From the IMG/VR virus record IMGVR_UViG_3300032093_000005: DNA of 64,000 bases. The stretch is one strand, 5' to 3'. The notes beneath the pieces were generated by a model. It ran no database searches. It saw only the letters and a program-made list of their open reading frames with translations, and was not told the origin of the DNA. The first letter of the stretch is position 1, and each line of letters opens with the position of its first letter. This DNA is from a virus. Lineage: Duplodnaviria; Caudoviricetes. Below are positions 25,988 through 34,659 of this stretch, one piece after another. Position numbers and translations under genes: made by a program.

Positions 25988-27910
25988 TTAATTTAGTTTT
26001 TTAGGTTTTGGTTTGGTAGATGAAGGTGGTTTGCCTTGAAGAGCACTCTGTATTTTACCTGGAAGTTCATCAACAAATTTTACAACAGATGCTGGCATTT
26101 GGGGAGCACTTCCACCAGTAACTGCTTCAACAATATTTTGTTTCCAATCTTCACTCATTGCACCAGCGATTGCTTGTGCTGACTTTTCATCAGAAGCAAA
26201 ACCCTCACCAAGAAGATAATCTACAAGAAGTTCTTCACGAACTGAGCGAATATTTTCATATTCAGATCCACTACCTCTACTGCCAGTCATTCTATGTTGA
26301 GAAAAAGTATCCCCTACTCTTTCATCTCCACGCTTCTTTCTTTCTACTCTTCTTTTCTTTTCAAATTCATGTCTTTTTTTAGGACTCATTTTTTTCTTTG
26401 GTATTGGAAGTCCCGTAATACCTTCTTCAGTTTCGTCTTTTGCTTCGTAAATTGCGTTTTCTTTCATTTTAGTAGTGTACTCCTTTCCACCATAAGTGAA
26501 TGTTGTTGGAACTGGATCTCCAATTCTCTTTGCCTCCTTTTCCTTTCTTTTTGCCTCTCTGAATGCATCATCAAATGTAGAACCAATCTTACGAGAACCA
26601 ACTTTTAAGCGACTACGAATTTGTCCTGTTGGTTTATCTACAGATGGTGTATCAATAGTATTATAAACATTAGTTTTTATATTCTTTCTCAATTCAGCAT
26701 CACTTCTACGCTTTTCACCCTTCATTGCTTGATCAACTGCTACAGTTCCAGCAGCTGCTGTACCAACAATTCCCGCAGTTTTTAGATTTCTTGATAAAGA
26801 AGAAATTGGAGATTTTGACGAACCACCAGAAGAAGATGATCCTGTTGCATATTTTTCTAAACCTGGATACTTCATATTTCCAGTTTTTTCTGTGGGTGAT
26901 AAAGTAGCGCGAACAGTTTGTGTCAAACCACTACCTTTAGATGATTTTCCACCCCCAGAAGTAGGTGTCTTTGAAGTTGGTTTAGGTGCTCTTGTACTAA
27001 CTAATGCTCCTGCTGGTTGTGCTACCTTTGGATCTTTAGGTAATGCTTCTGGTTTAAAGGTTGGCTTAGGTGCTTTTGTACGAACTAATGCTCCTGGAGG
27101 TTCGGCAGACTTTGTTGCCTTAGGAAGTGCTTCTGGTTTAAAAGTTGGTTTAGGTGCTCTTGTAGAAACTAACGCTCCACCAGGTTCTCCCGTTGTTTTT
27201 GCTTTAGGAAGTGCTTCTGGTTTAAAGGTTGGTTTAGGTGCTTTTGTACGAACCAATGCTCCTGCAGGTTCAGCAGACTTTGTTGCCTTAGGAAGTGCTT
27301 CTGGTTTAAAAGTTGGTTTAGGTGCCTTTACACTTGCAGATGTTTTTCCTGCCGAAGGAAGTGCTGGTCTGGATGGTGTACTGGGTAATGCCTTAGTAGA
27401 AGATACTTTAGGACCAGAAGGTTTAGATGGATTTATACGACTGCTAGGTGCTGTTGGTTCATTCCAAACATTAGTTGTAATTTTATTTGCACCTTTTGGA
27501 GCAGTTCTAACAGAAGTTGCTTTTACTGTTCTAACTATTGGTGCTGGAGATGGCGTAGACTTTGCAATAGTTTTTGCAATTTTAGCAGTCGATACTGGAT
27601 TTAATGCGGTACTAGTAATAAGAGAATCAGTAGCTGCAGTTCTTAATGGTGTTTTTGCTCTTTTTGCAATAAATCCCGCTACTGCCTTTGCACCCTTAAT
27701 TAAAGATCCTAGACCTGCCTCACTAATAATTTCTGCCATGATCTGTTTAGATTCTTCTTCAGAGTATCCTTCATTTAGAAGATACTCTAAAACCTGATCA
27801 TAGATATCAATTTCTTCTTGAACATCATTTTCCGAATGTACATCAATATGCTCATAAACTTTTTGATATGCCTCTACAAAATCTCTATATTTTTTATCGT
27901 ACATCTTCAA
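25988..27910 (-). CDS. Putative capsid-internal protein (YLxxEGY family) with internal tandem repeats
   Basis: Two YLxxEG(Y/F) modules flank a P/K/A/T-rich region; TATAAATA at 27926-27933. Confidence 0.75.
   Translation of the reverse strand: MKMYDKKYRDFVEAYQKVYEHIDVHSENDVQEEIDIYDQVLEYLLNEGYSEEESKQIMAEIISEAGLGSLIKGAKAVAGFIAKRAKTPLRTAATDSLITSTALNPVSTAKIAKTIAKSTPSPAPIVRTVKATSVRTAPKGANKITTNVWNEPTAPSSRINPSKPSGPKVSSTKALPSTPSRPALPSAGKTSASVKAPKPTFKPEALPKATKSAEPAGALVRTKAPKPTFKPEALPKAKTTGEPGGALVSTRAPKPTFKPEALPKATKSAEPPGALVRTKAPKPTFKPEALPKDPKVAQPAGALVSTRAPKPTSKTPTSGGGKSSKGSGLTQTVRATLSPTEKTGNMKYPGLEKYATGSSSSGGSSKSPISSLSRNLKTAGIVGTAAAGTVAVDQAMKGEKRRSDAELRKNIKTNVYNTIDTPSVDKPTGQIRSRLKVGSRKIGSTFDDAFREAKRKEKEAKRIGDPVPTTFTYGGKEYTTKMKENAIYEAKDETEEGITGLPIPKKKMSPKKRHEFEKKRRVERKKRGDERVGDTFSQHRMTGSRGSGSEYENIRSVREELLVDYLLGEGFASDEKSAQAIAGAMSEDWKQNIVEAVTGGSAPQMPASVVKFVDELPGKIQSALQGKPPSSTKPKPKKLN
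26975..27325 (-). repeat. Coding tandem repeat, 84-bp unit x4 plus a partial unit
   Basis: APKPTFKPEALPK-x7-GALV(RTK/STR) repeated; 351 bp = 4x84+15. Confidence 0.93.
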
Positions 27911-27928
27911 AAGATACTTTTTAGATAT

Positions 27929-28063
27929 TTATAAAAAAGAACCGCCCCGTGAGAGGCGGTTCTTGAGTGCTTGGCGTCGTGCCTTTGCTTGTCGGAGTGC
28001 TTGCGGTTTCAGTTTCCGCTTTTGCTCCTTCTTGGAATGTTTCTGCCAATTTGGGACTTTCAT
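27929..28063 (-). CDS. Basic micro-protein (44 aa, not in the ORF track)
   Basis: MKVPNWQKHSKKEQKRKLKPQALRQAKARRQALKNRLSRGGSFL, directly after gp46. Confidence 0.6.
   Translation of the reverse strand: MKVPNWQKHSKKEQKRKLKPQALRQAKARRQALKNRLSRGGSFL
27933..27964 (-). terminator. Intrinsic terminator fused to a late promoter
   Basis: AAGAACCGCC/GGCGGTTCTT stem, T-run, then TATAAATA. Confidence 0.8.
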
Positions 28064-28074
28064 GGGTCTTGTGC

Positions 28075-29790
28075 TTATGGGGATATCATACGGGAGAAAC
28101 CCTTGACCTTCTCAAAGCGTAGGACACTTTCAAATTTGTCATGTAAGTCTGCCTTATGAGAAATCACGAAGATATTAGCATCTTTAATCACATAACGAAT
28201 AATCTTCAGAAATTCATCAGTGCCAAAACCATCAAGTGAAGAATCAAATACCTCATCCATAATCAGCAGATTAGTATTCACAGAATTTTTGACTCGTGCC
28301 ACTTCTCTCCAGGTGAAGAGAAGAGAAAGGTCGATTCTCATTTTTTCACCTTCACTAAAAGAACTATAAGAAAAGTCTTCGTGAATGGGTGATTTTACCG
28401 TTTCGTTAAATTCTTCATCAAGGTGGAAGTTAATATAAAAGTCCATCATTTGAAGATAACGATTCACCTGCTGATTTATGAAAGGAAGATACTTTTTAAT
28501 AATCTTCGTTTTTACACCATCATCCTTGAGTAAGGAATAGGCAAAATCGTAATAAACGATTTCTTCTTTTTTCTTTGAGAGGTCTTCGAATGTTTTTTGG
28601 AGATTTTCTTTGAATTCTTCTAGTTTCTCATGTTCAGTATTTCGGTTTTCAAGTTGTTCGGCAATAGTTTGAATTTCATTTTCAAGATCTCGGATTTGTC
28701 GCTGGTTAAGTGATATCCGAGTATTGTTTTGAGAAATCTCATGGTTGAGTTTCGTAATCTCCTTGGAAAGTGCAATGAATTGACGCTCTCTCTCCTGTTC
28801 TATTTTTATAGTCTCTTCCAGGTCTTGATAACCTTTCTGGAGTTCCTTTGCTTTATTTTGAGCGTCTGTAATTCTATTTAACCGAAACTCTTCTTCAATC
28901 GTTTGAGTACAGGTAGGGCAGACCGTATTCTCAGTAAAAAACTTATGCTCTTTAGTAATTACCGATACTTTCTGCGAGATCTTACCTTTTAGATTGTTAA
29001 GCTTTACTACCTTATCTCCAGCACCAACGACTTCTTCCTGTTCTTTAGTGAACTTGGCAATCTCTTCCTCAGTTTTGTCATTCTCAGACATATAATTACC
29101 AACTTCAGAATCTAATTTGGCAATCTTTTCTTTATTGTTATTGATATTGGCATTACCACGATTCTCAAGTTCTTCAATGAAGTTTTGCTGCATCTTCATC
29201 TTATCCTTGAGATTTTCTTTACGCAACTCAAGAGACTTGACCTGATCTTTCTGAGTACGAATCTTATCTTTGATGAGATTGTTCATCGCAGAAAAGATAC
29301 GAATGTCCAAAAGATCTTCAATCACTTCACGACGATGTGCTGTCGGAAGTTGCATAAAAGGAACAAAAGTACTACTACCAAGAATAACAACTTGTGTAAA
29401 TGATTTATAATTTACCCTAAGAATATTCTCTTCAAGGATTCTCTGATTTGCACGATCATCTGCTTCTTTATGAAGTGCTTCACCATTCACCTCAATATCA
29501 AAGACATTAGGTTTGATTCCACGACGAACAAGATAATCACGACTATTGACCGAAAACTCAATCTCAACCAAACAATCTCTTTCGTTGGTAGTATTAACCA
29601 ATTGAGGTTTATTGATTTTTCGAAATGGTTTGTTGAATAAAGCAAATGTCAGAGCATCAAGTAAAGTGCTTTTGCCTGCACCATTTGTACCGATAATCAG
29701 ATTTGTATTATTTTTTTCAAAGTCAATCTCTGTCCATTGATTCCCAGATGAGAGAAAGTTTTTATATCTAATCTTGTGAAATAGCAACAT
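28075..29790 (-). CDS. gp46: SMC-like recombination endonuclease subunit (gp46-like)
   Basis: GTNGAGKST, zinc hook CPTC, FSEGEK signature, LIMDE. Confidence 0.97.
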   Translation of the reverse strand: MLLFHKIRYKNFLSSGNQWTEIDFEKNNTNLIIGTNGAGKSTLLDALTFALFNKPFRKINKPQLVNTTNERDCLVEIEFSVNSRDYLVRRGIKPNVFDIEVNGEALHKEADDRANQRILEENILRVNYKSFTQVVILGSSTFVPFMQLPTAHRREVIEDLLDIRIFSAMNNLIKDKIRTQKDQVKSLELRKENLKDKMKMQQNFIEELENRGNANINNNKEKIAKLDSEVGNYMSENDKTEEEIAKFTKEQEEVVGAGDKVVKLNNLKGKISQKVSVITKEHKFFTENTVCPTCTQTIEEEFRLNRITDAQNKAKELQKGYQDLEETIKIEQERERQFIALSKEITKLNHEISQNNTRISLNQRQIRDLENEIQTIAEQLENRNTEHEKLEEFKENLQKTFEDLSKKKEEIVYYDFAYSLLKDDGVKTKIIKKYLPFINQQVNRYLQMMDFYINFHLDEEFNETVKSPIHEDFSYSSFSEGEKMRIDLSLLFTWREVARVKNSVNTNLLIMDEVFDSSLDGFGTDEFLKIIRYVIKDANIFVISHKADLHDKFESVLRFEKVKGFSRMISP

Positions 29791-30043
29791 TTTTAGGAGG
29801 AATTACGATATCGTCAGGAGTGATCACAGCATACTTGTAATTATACATCTTGCACGTCTTTATGGCAAGGTCGTCATCAACCTCAACCACGTCCATTTCA
29901 GTTTCTTCTTGGTCTTCTAGCATCAAAGCATAACGGGTAGCATCATCCTCATCCTCAAAAAGAAATAAAACTTTATGTCCGTATTGGTCTTGGACAGCAT
30001 ATGCACCATCGTCTTTTCTATCTTTGAGAGTAAGGAGAAACAT
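29768..30043 (-). CDS. DUF3110-like hypothetical protein
   Basis: LFLFEDEDDATRYALMLEDQ resembles the cyanobacterial DUF3110 core (recalled, not searched). Confidence 0.65.
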   Translation of the reverse strand: MFLLTLKDRKDDGAYAVQDQYGHKVLFLFEDEDDATRYALMLEDQEETEMDVVEVDDDLAIKTCKMYNYKYAVITPDDIVIPPKNVAISQD

Positions 30044-30044
30044 T

Positions 30045-31082
30045 TTATTCTACCTCGCAAGCTTGTCGATAAAGATCTTGAAAAATACCTTTGATAATGT
30101 TTTTATCAAATTCAAATTCTGCTTCGTCAATGTAACGATTCAGAATAGACATTGTATTTTCTTCTTCATCAACCTCAAAATCTTCGTTCTCTTGAATATC
30201 AAAGTTTTCTACGATTTTGAGATCTTGAATTCCTGCCGTATAAAGTTTGTCAATAAACTTCTCAAAATCCTTTGGTTTAGATTTTTTACGAACGATCACT
30301 TTTACAATCTTGTTTTCATACTCTGTAGTATCAAACAATTGGTAGGGTGTATCCTCATAATAAATGTTATAGAATAATTTATAAGGATTATTAATTGGAG
30401 TGTGCTCTAAGGTTTTAGTATCAAAGATATGAAATCCCCGAGTATCATTTACATCAGTCCAATACATTTCATAAGGATTACCAAGATAGAAGATAGATCC
30501 ATTGTCAGAACGAGTATGGTAATGTCCAGAAAATACTTTTGTGAAGTTCTTAAAAATATCTGCTTCCAGTCCATGCTCCTCCATAATCAAATTGCGATTA
30601 ACACGGAACCCTTGAAGTTCTAAGTGTCCCATTGCAACTTTTGCTTTGGTCTTTTTAATTTGCTTAAAAGTTTGTTCTTGATTTTCTGGGTTGATCCAAG
30701 GCAAGAACAAAATCTTGAGTCCACCAATACTAACTTCCGTTGCTTCACTATAAGTCTTAATGTTTGAATAAGTCTGAAGAAGAAGACCAGGAGAGTTCAC
30801 ACTATTAGTTGATTTATAGTATGTGTCATGATTTCCAATAATCATATGTACATCATACTTTTTAAGATGGTCAAACACAACTCTTTTTGACCACTCAAGA
30901 CTTTGATAATCAATTGACTTGCGACTATCAAAAGCATCGCCCATATGAATGACTGCCTCTACATTGTTTTCTTCAAGGGCAGGAAAAAATACATTCTTGT
31001 AAAAGAGTTCAAAATAATCGTGAAGATGTTTAGACCCTTTTTTGGCACCGTAGTGACTATCAGTAATAATTGCTACCTTCAT
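30045..31082 (-). CDS. gp47: Mre11-like recombination nuclease subunit (gp47-like)
   Basis: ITDSHYG, HMGDAFD, IGNHD, GHLE, SGHYH metallophosphoesterase motifs. Confidence 0.97.
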   Translation of the reverse strand: MKVAIITDSHYGAKKGSKHLHDYFELFYKNVFFPALEENNVEAVIHMGDAFDSRKSIDYQSLEWSKRVVFDHLKKYDVHMIIGNHDTYYKSTNSVNSPGLLLQTYSNIKTYSEATEVSIGGLKILFLPWINPENQEQTFKQIKKTKAKVAMGHLELQGFRVNRNLIMEEHGLEADIFKNFTKVFSGHYHTRSDNGSIFYLGNPYEMYWTDVNDTRGFHIFDTKTLEHTPINNPYKLFYNIYYEDTPYQLFDTTEYENKIVKVIVRKKSKPKDFEKFIDKLYTAGIQDLKIVENFDIQENEDFEVDEEENTMSILNRYIDEAEFEFDKNIIKGIFQDLYRQACEVE

Positions 31083-31594
31083 TTATTGCGGTATTGGATG
31101 GCGTCTTTAATGGAATTATACTCCGAACTGTGCCCAGAAAGCAAGCTGTCGTCAACCATCATCACCTCATCAAACCCAGTGCGTTCAATAATTTTTGTCT
31201 TAATATCCAGTTGTTTCTTTTCCTTTTGAATCCTTCTCAGAAATGCGTAGTGAATAATCTGAGTAAAGTAGGCAAAAGGATTCTTGGACTTCTCTGGATC
31301 AAAGTTGTGAATGTATTGGACACAATTCTCAATTCCGTCAGAAATCATATCCTCTCGGAACATATAGTTGACGAAGTTTGGTTTGTATGATAAATGAGTC
31401 GCAATCTTTAGAAAACACTCACCAAGATAATTTGGAATTGGTGGTTTACCTTCCCACTGCTTTGCACGATCCTCTCTAGTTGGATTTCGTGCATTCTTTT
31501 TAAAAAAATCTGCTTCGACTTTAGAACGATAAACTACAAGTGCTTCTAATAGTTCTTTATTATTTACATAATGTTCAGTTTTTTTCTTGGACAT
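31079..31594 (-). CDS. gp55: Late-transcription sigma factor (gp55-like)
   Basis: HYVNNKE...FVNYMFREDMISDGIENC...NPFAYFTQI. Confidence 0.96.
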   Translation of the reverse strand: MSKKKTEHYVNNKELLEALVVYRSKVEADFFKKNARNPTREDRAKQWEGKPPIPNYLGECFLKIATHLSYKPNFVNYMFREDMISDGIENCVQYIHNFDPEKSKNPFAYFTQIIHYAFLRRIQKEKKQLDIKTKIIERTGFDEVMMVDDSLLSGHSSEYNSIKDAIQYRNK

Positions 31595-31626
31595 AACATT
31601 GGACTCATTTATAATAACTTTTGTTT

Positions 31627-31678
31627 ATTATAACACATTTTAAGTGGGCTTGACAAGATATAAAAATATGTGTAGACT
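31627..31678. promoter_or_regulatory. Divergent overlapping sigma70-type promoters
   Basis: Minus strand TTGTCA-18-TATAAT toward gp55; plus strand TTGACA-17-TAGACT (31650-31678). Confidence 0.7.
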
Positions 31679-31705
31679 AGGTTTGTCTCCGTTGAAGATG
31701 AGAAT

Positions 31706-32113
31706 CTAGCTTTCTTTAAGACCTTTAAAGATTCTTTCAAGTTTCTTACGAGCATCTTCAACAGAAGAGATATAACCCATCTTCTGTGATAGTTTGATCT
31801 TACCAGAAGGATTATAAACATCAGATGTATCACTATCTTCAATATAATTATTGTAAATATAAATCAAATTTTCATCTTTAGTTTCAGTCATTGTAATAAT
31901 TTTATCAAGTCTAATTATAAAAAAATCATCATCTGACATTTCAATCCATGATTTAACTTTAATATGCATTCCATATTGATTATTAAATGATTTCACTGTA
32001 ACAGGATTTTGAAGAACAACTACAGGATCTCCATCATTTTCATCTATCATAACTAATGATAGAATTTCTTCTCCTGATACTAGTTTAATAATTGCGTAAA
32101 ACTCTTCTCCCAT
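31706..32113 (-). CDS. Small beta-barrel (Sm-like) hypothetical protein
   Basis: IKLVSGEEILS...LQNP...SWI...DKIITM...Y. Confidence 0.78.
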   Translation of the reverse strand: MGEEFYAIIKLVSGEEILSLVMIDENDGDPVVVLQNPVTVKSFNNQYGMHIKVKSWIEMSDDDFFIIRLDKIITMTETKDENLIYIYNNYIEDSDTSDVYNPSGKIKLSQKMGYISSVEDARKKLERIFKGLKES

Positions 32114-33576
32114 CAGTTCTTTAGCGGTATGTTTACAATATCATAATTGAAATTTTCTTCATTATAAACTTTGATTCTTTCGATTAAGTGATTGAGTGTA
32201 TAATTCTTTCTTGACTTATAACTGATATCATCGGCAATATCATATAAAGTTGCTTTGGTCTTATTGTCACCTTTTCTTAGAACTCTTCCGATTGATTGAA
32301 GATTTCTGATTCTTGACTTTGATGGAGAAGCAAAGATAACATTGTGTAGATTTTTAATGTTAATACCAGTAGAGAAAGTTCCATAAGAAGCAACGATGAT
32401 AGCGTTGTTTTCTTTTTCAGTAATTTCTCTAACTTTTTCTCGGTCTTCTGTATCAACACCACCATGCACAAAAAATACGTGGCGTTGTTCGACGGTGCTA
32501 TTATTTATGAGGTCGTATAAAGGTTGTCCGTGACCTTCGACTCTGGAAAATAGAATTAAAGTATTTCCTTTGAGATCAAGTGCAAGGTTTCTGATGAATT
32601 TATTACGTTTCTCATGATTGATAATATATTGGACTTCTTCTTCAAAGTTTTCAAATTTATGTGGTGAGTGTTTCAATAGAAGTATATTGATGTCAAGTTT
32701 GGCAACGTGACCTTTCTGCATCAGTTCTTCTGTTCTGATGATTTTATAAGAAGGACCAAATAAACCTTCCAGAACCCATTTGTGTGTTTGTGTACCGTCC
32801 AATGTTCCTGTAAAACCGTAACGATATTTTGCATCAGAAAGTTTTGTCATTATAGATACTAATGACTTTGATTTAAACTGGTGTGCTTCATCTCCAACGA
32901 CCACATTAAATCTTGAGAAATATTGTCGGGGAAGTTTGTAGATGGACTGCCAGGTTGTAATGATCACCTGAGAATCCGTTTCTCTTTCTTTTCCCGCATA
33001 GATCTTGTGGCAGTATGAACCCACGTCCCACCCATAATCTGCAAAGTCTTTATACATCTGCTCTACAAGGGATGTCGTCGGAACGACTATCAGAATATTT
33101 TGTCCTTTCTCAACGTAATATCTCACAATCGAGTATATCATCAACGACTTTCCAGAAGCAGTTGGAGATATCAACAACTTTCGATTATGTTTTAAAGCGT
33201 CGTATACTCCCTCAACTTGGTATTCGCGGGGAGCATACTTGCAAATAGAAGTCATATAGTCTTTAACTCCTTCTTTTGAAATCATATCATTGACTTCAAA
33301 TGGGAGACCATAATATTTGTTATTTCTAAACTCATAAGTGTAGTTGTGTTGTTCACAAAATCTTATGAGTTTATCTAATAAACCAACGTATATTTCTTGC
33401 GTATTGACATTAAACAGATAAATGAATCCATCCCACCACTTATTTTTATAAGCGGGAGCAAACTTGGCATTCGGAACTTCAAATTGAAATGCGTCTCTTA
33501 ATTCATAGTAGACGTGTGGTTCTGCTTCAACCTGAAGATATACCTCATTCTTTTTTGAGATAATCAAATGTGACAT
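32113..33576 (-). CDS. uvsW: SF2 DNA helicase
   Basis: SPTASGKS, DEAH, GFTGT, STGINI, QSIGRVLR. Confidence 0.96.
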   Translation of the reverse strand: MSHLIISKKNEVYLQVEAEPHVYYELRDAFQFEVPNAKFAPAYKNKWWDGFIYLFNVNTQEIYVGLLDKLIRFCEQHNYTYEFRNNKYYGLPFEVNDMISKEGVKDYMTSICKYAPREYQVEGVYDALKHNRKLLISPTASGKSLMIYSIVRYYVEKGQNILIVVPTTSLVEQMYKDFADYGWDVGSYCHKIYAGKERETDSQVIITTWQSIYKLPRQYFSRFNVVVGDEAHQFKSKSLVSIMTKLSDAKYRYGFTGTLDGTQTHKWVLEGLFGPSYKIIRTEELMQKGHVAKLDINILLLKHSPHKFENFEEEVQYIINHEKRNKFIRNLALDLKGNTLILFSRVEGHGQPLYDLINNSTVEQRHVFFVHGGVDTEDREKVREITEKENNAIIVASYGTFSTGINIKNLHNVIFASPSKSRIRNLQSIGRVLRKGDNKTKATLYDIADDISYKSRKNYTLNHLIERIKVYNEENFNYDIVNIPLKN

Positions 33577-33609
33577 TCATAACATATCAGTTATGAATAT
33601 TTATTTCGA

Positions 33610-34041
33610 TTAATTAAACCCTGCCTGGAATCTGTGCCATTCCACTGCGTTCTTGATTTGAAATGTTCTATTTGATATGCACTTAATTACTTCTTCAAGA
33701 AACTTAAGCATAATGTCATAATATCGAATCTTGAGATCAATTTTATTCAACCTCTCATCGGCATCCAGGTGCCTCTGTAGTGCTTCTTTATCTCTGACTT
33801 TATATGGGAAAGGATCTTCCTCATAGACCTCTGCTGGTGCCTTTCCCGTGTAGTAGTTGTATCTCTCAAGTCTCACCTTACTATAGGTCTCTCTTGCCTT
33901 TTCTCTAAGTAGGGTAATTGTATTGTAGATGGTATAATACTTTGCGTGAAGTTGAGGAATTTTTAAAGATTCATCATGTAAGTTATCAGGGTCGATAACA
34001 GAATCTCTCTGCCACATCTCCTGGATTTCATCAAGATTCAT
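33610..34041 (-). CDS. uvsY: Recombination mediator
   Basis: IDPDNLHDESLKIPQLHAKY...NRTFQIKNAVEW; adjacent to uvsW. Confidence 0.92.
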   Translation of the reverse strand: MNLDEIQEMWQRDSVIDPDNLHDESLKIPQLHAKYYTIYNTITLLREKARETYSKVRLERYNYYTGKAPAEVYEEDPFPYKVRDKEALQRHLDADERLNKIDLKIRYYDIMLKFLEEVIKCISNRTFQIKNAVEWHRFQAGFN

Positions 34042-34592
34042 AAGGGAGTTCTACCGTCAGAGGAAAGGATATTATACACAGTATACTTGAAAGACGCCTG
34101 TGCTGTAAAGTATTGAATATCTGTGGCAGTTGAATTAAATTCTAACGATGATAAAGAAACTGGAAATAAGTCTTTAAATTTTACAATAGCACTCGTATTG
34201 TAATTGCTGTTAAGAATATATAAACTTCCATCACTGAATGCTTCCTTTGAATCTCTTAAATTATCCTCATTTGTGGTTAAATTTTTATATTGCTCTGCTG
34301 TTTCTGGAAATCCAAGTCCTGTAATCCAATTGTGAATCGCCATATAATTTTGCAATTTTTCATCAATTAAAAATGTTATTGTAAAATCTTCATATGTAAT
34401 TTTATCGCCAGGAACATCAATATCTTTCAAATAGTTTGATTGCAATTCAGTTCCTAATGTAATTTGTGGAATTTGTGCATTATTACAAAAAAACGCTACC
34501 TTTGGTTCTTTTGACAACGTGAATTTAAATCCAACTGGAGATAAAAAATTCCTGTTTTGGATTTGATTTGCAAATGCGTTCGTAGTCGCCAT
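34038..34592 (-). CDS. gp3: Tail tube terminator / tail completion protein (gp3-like)
   Basis: NFLSPVGFKF...PGDKITY...FLIDEKLQNY...LYILNS...FKDLFPVSL; cyanophage synteny after gp23. Confidence 0.88.
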   Translation of the reverse strand: MATTNAFANQIQNRNFLSPVGFKFTLSKEPKVAFFCNNAQIPQITLGTELQSNYLKDIDVPGDKITYEDFTITFLIDEKLQNYMAIHNWITGLGFPETAEQYKNLTTNEDNLRDSKEAFSDGSLYILNSNYNTSAIVKFKDLFPVSLSSLEFNSTATDIQYFTAQASFKYTVYNILSSDGRTPL

Positions 34593-34613
34593 TATTTTTA
34601 TTTTTATTTAGAT

Positions 34614-34639
34614 AAAAAAAGACCCCCTTGCGGGGGTCT
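34614..34639 (-). terminator. Intrinsic terminator after the major capsid gene
   Basis: AGACCCCC/GGGGGTCT stem plus T7; followed by CTAAATA (34605-34611). Confidence 0.88.
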
Positions 34640-34659
34640 GATGGATATGTGAATCGAAA

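Noticed and set aside
26975-27325. Possible CRISPR array
   Set aside because: Whole 84-bp units are similar and in frame, with no unique spacers and no cas genes.
26892-27797. 301-aa plus-strand repeat ORF
   Set aside because: Mirror of the 84-bp coding repeat; the minus-strand gene has the promoter and the family motifs.
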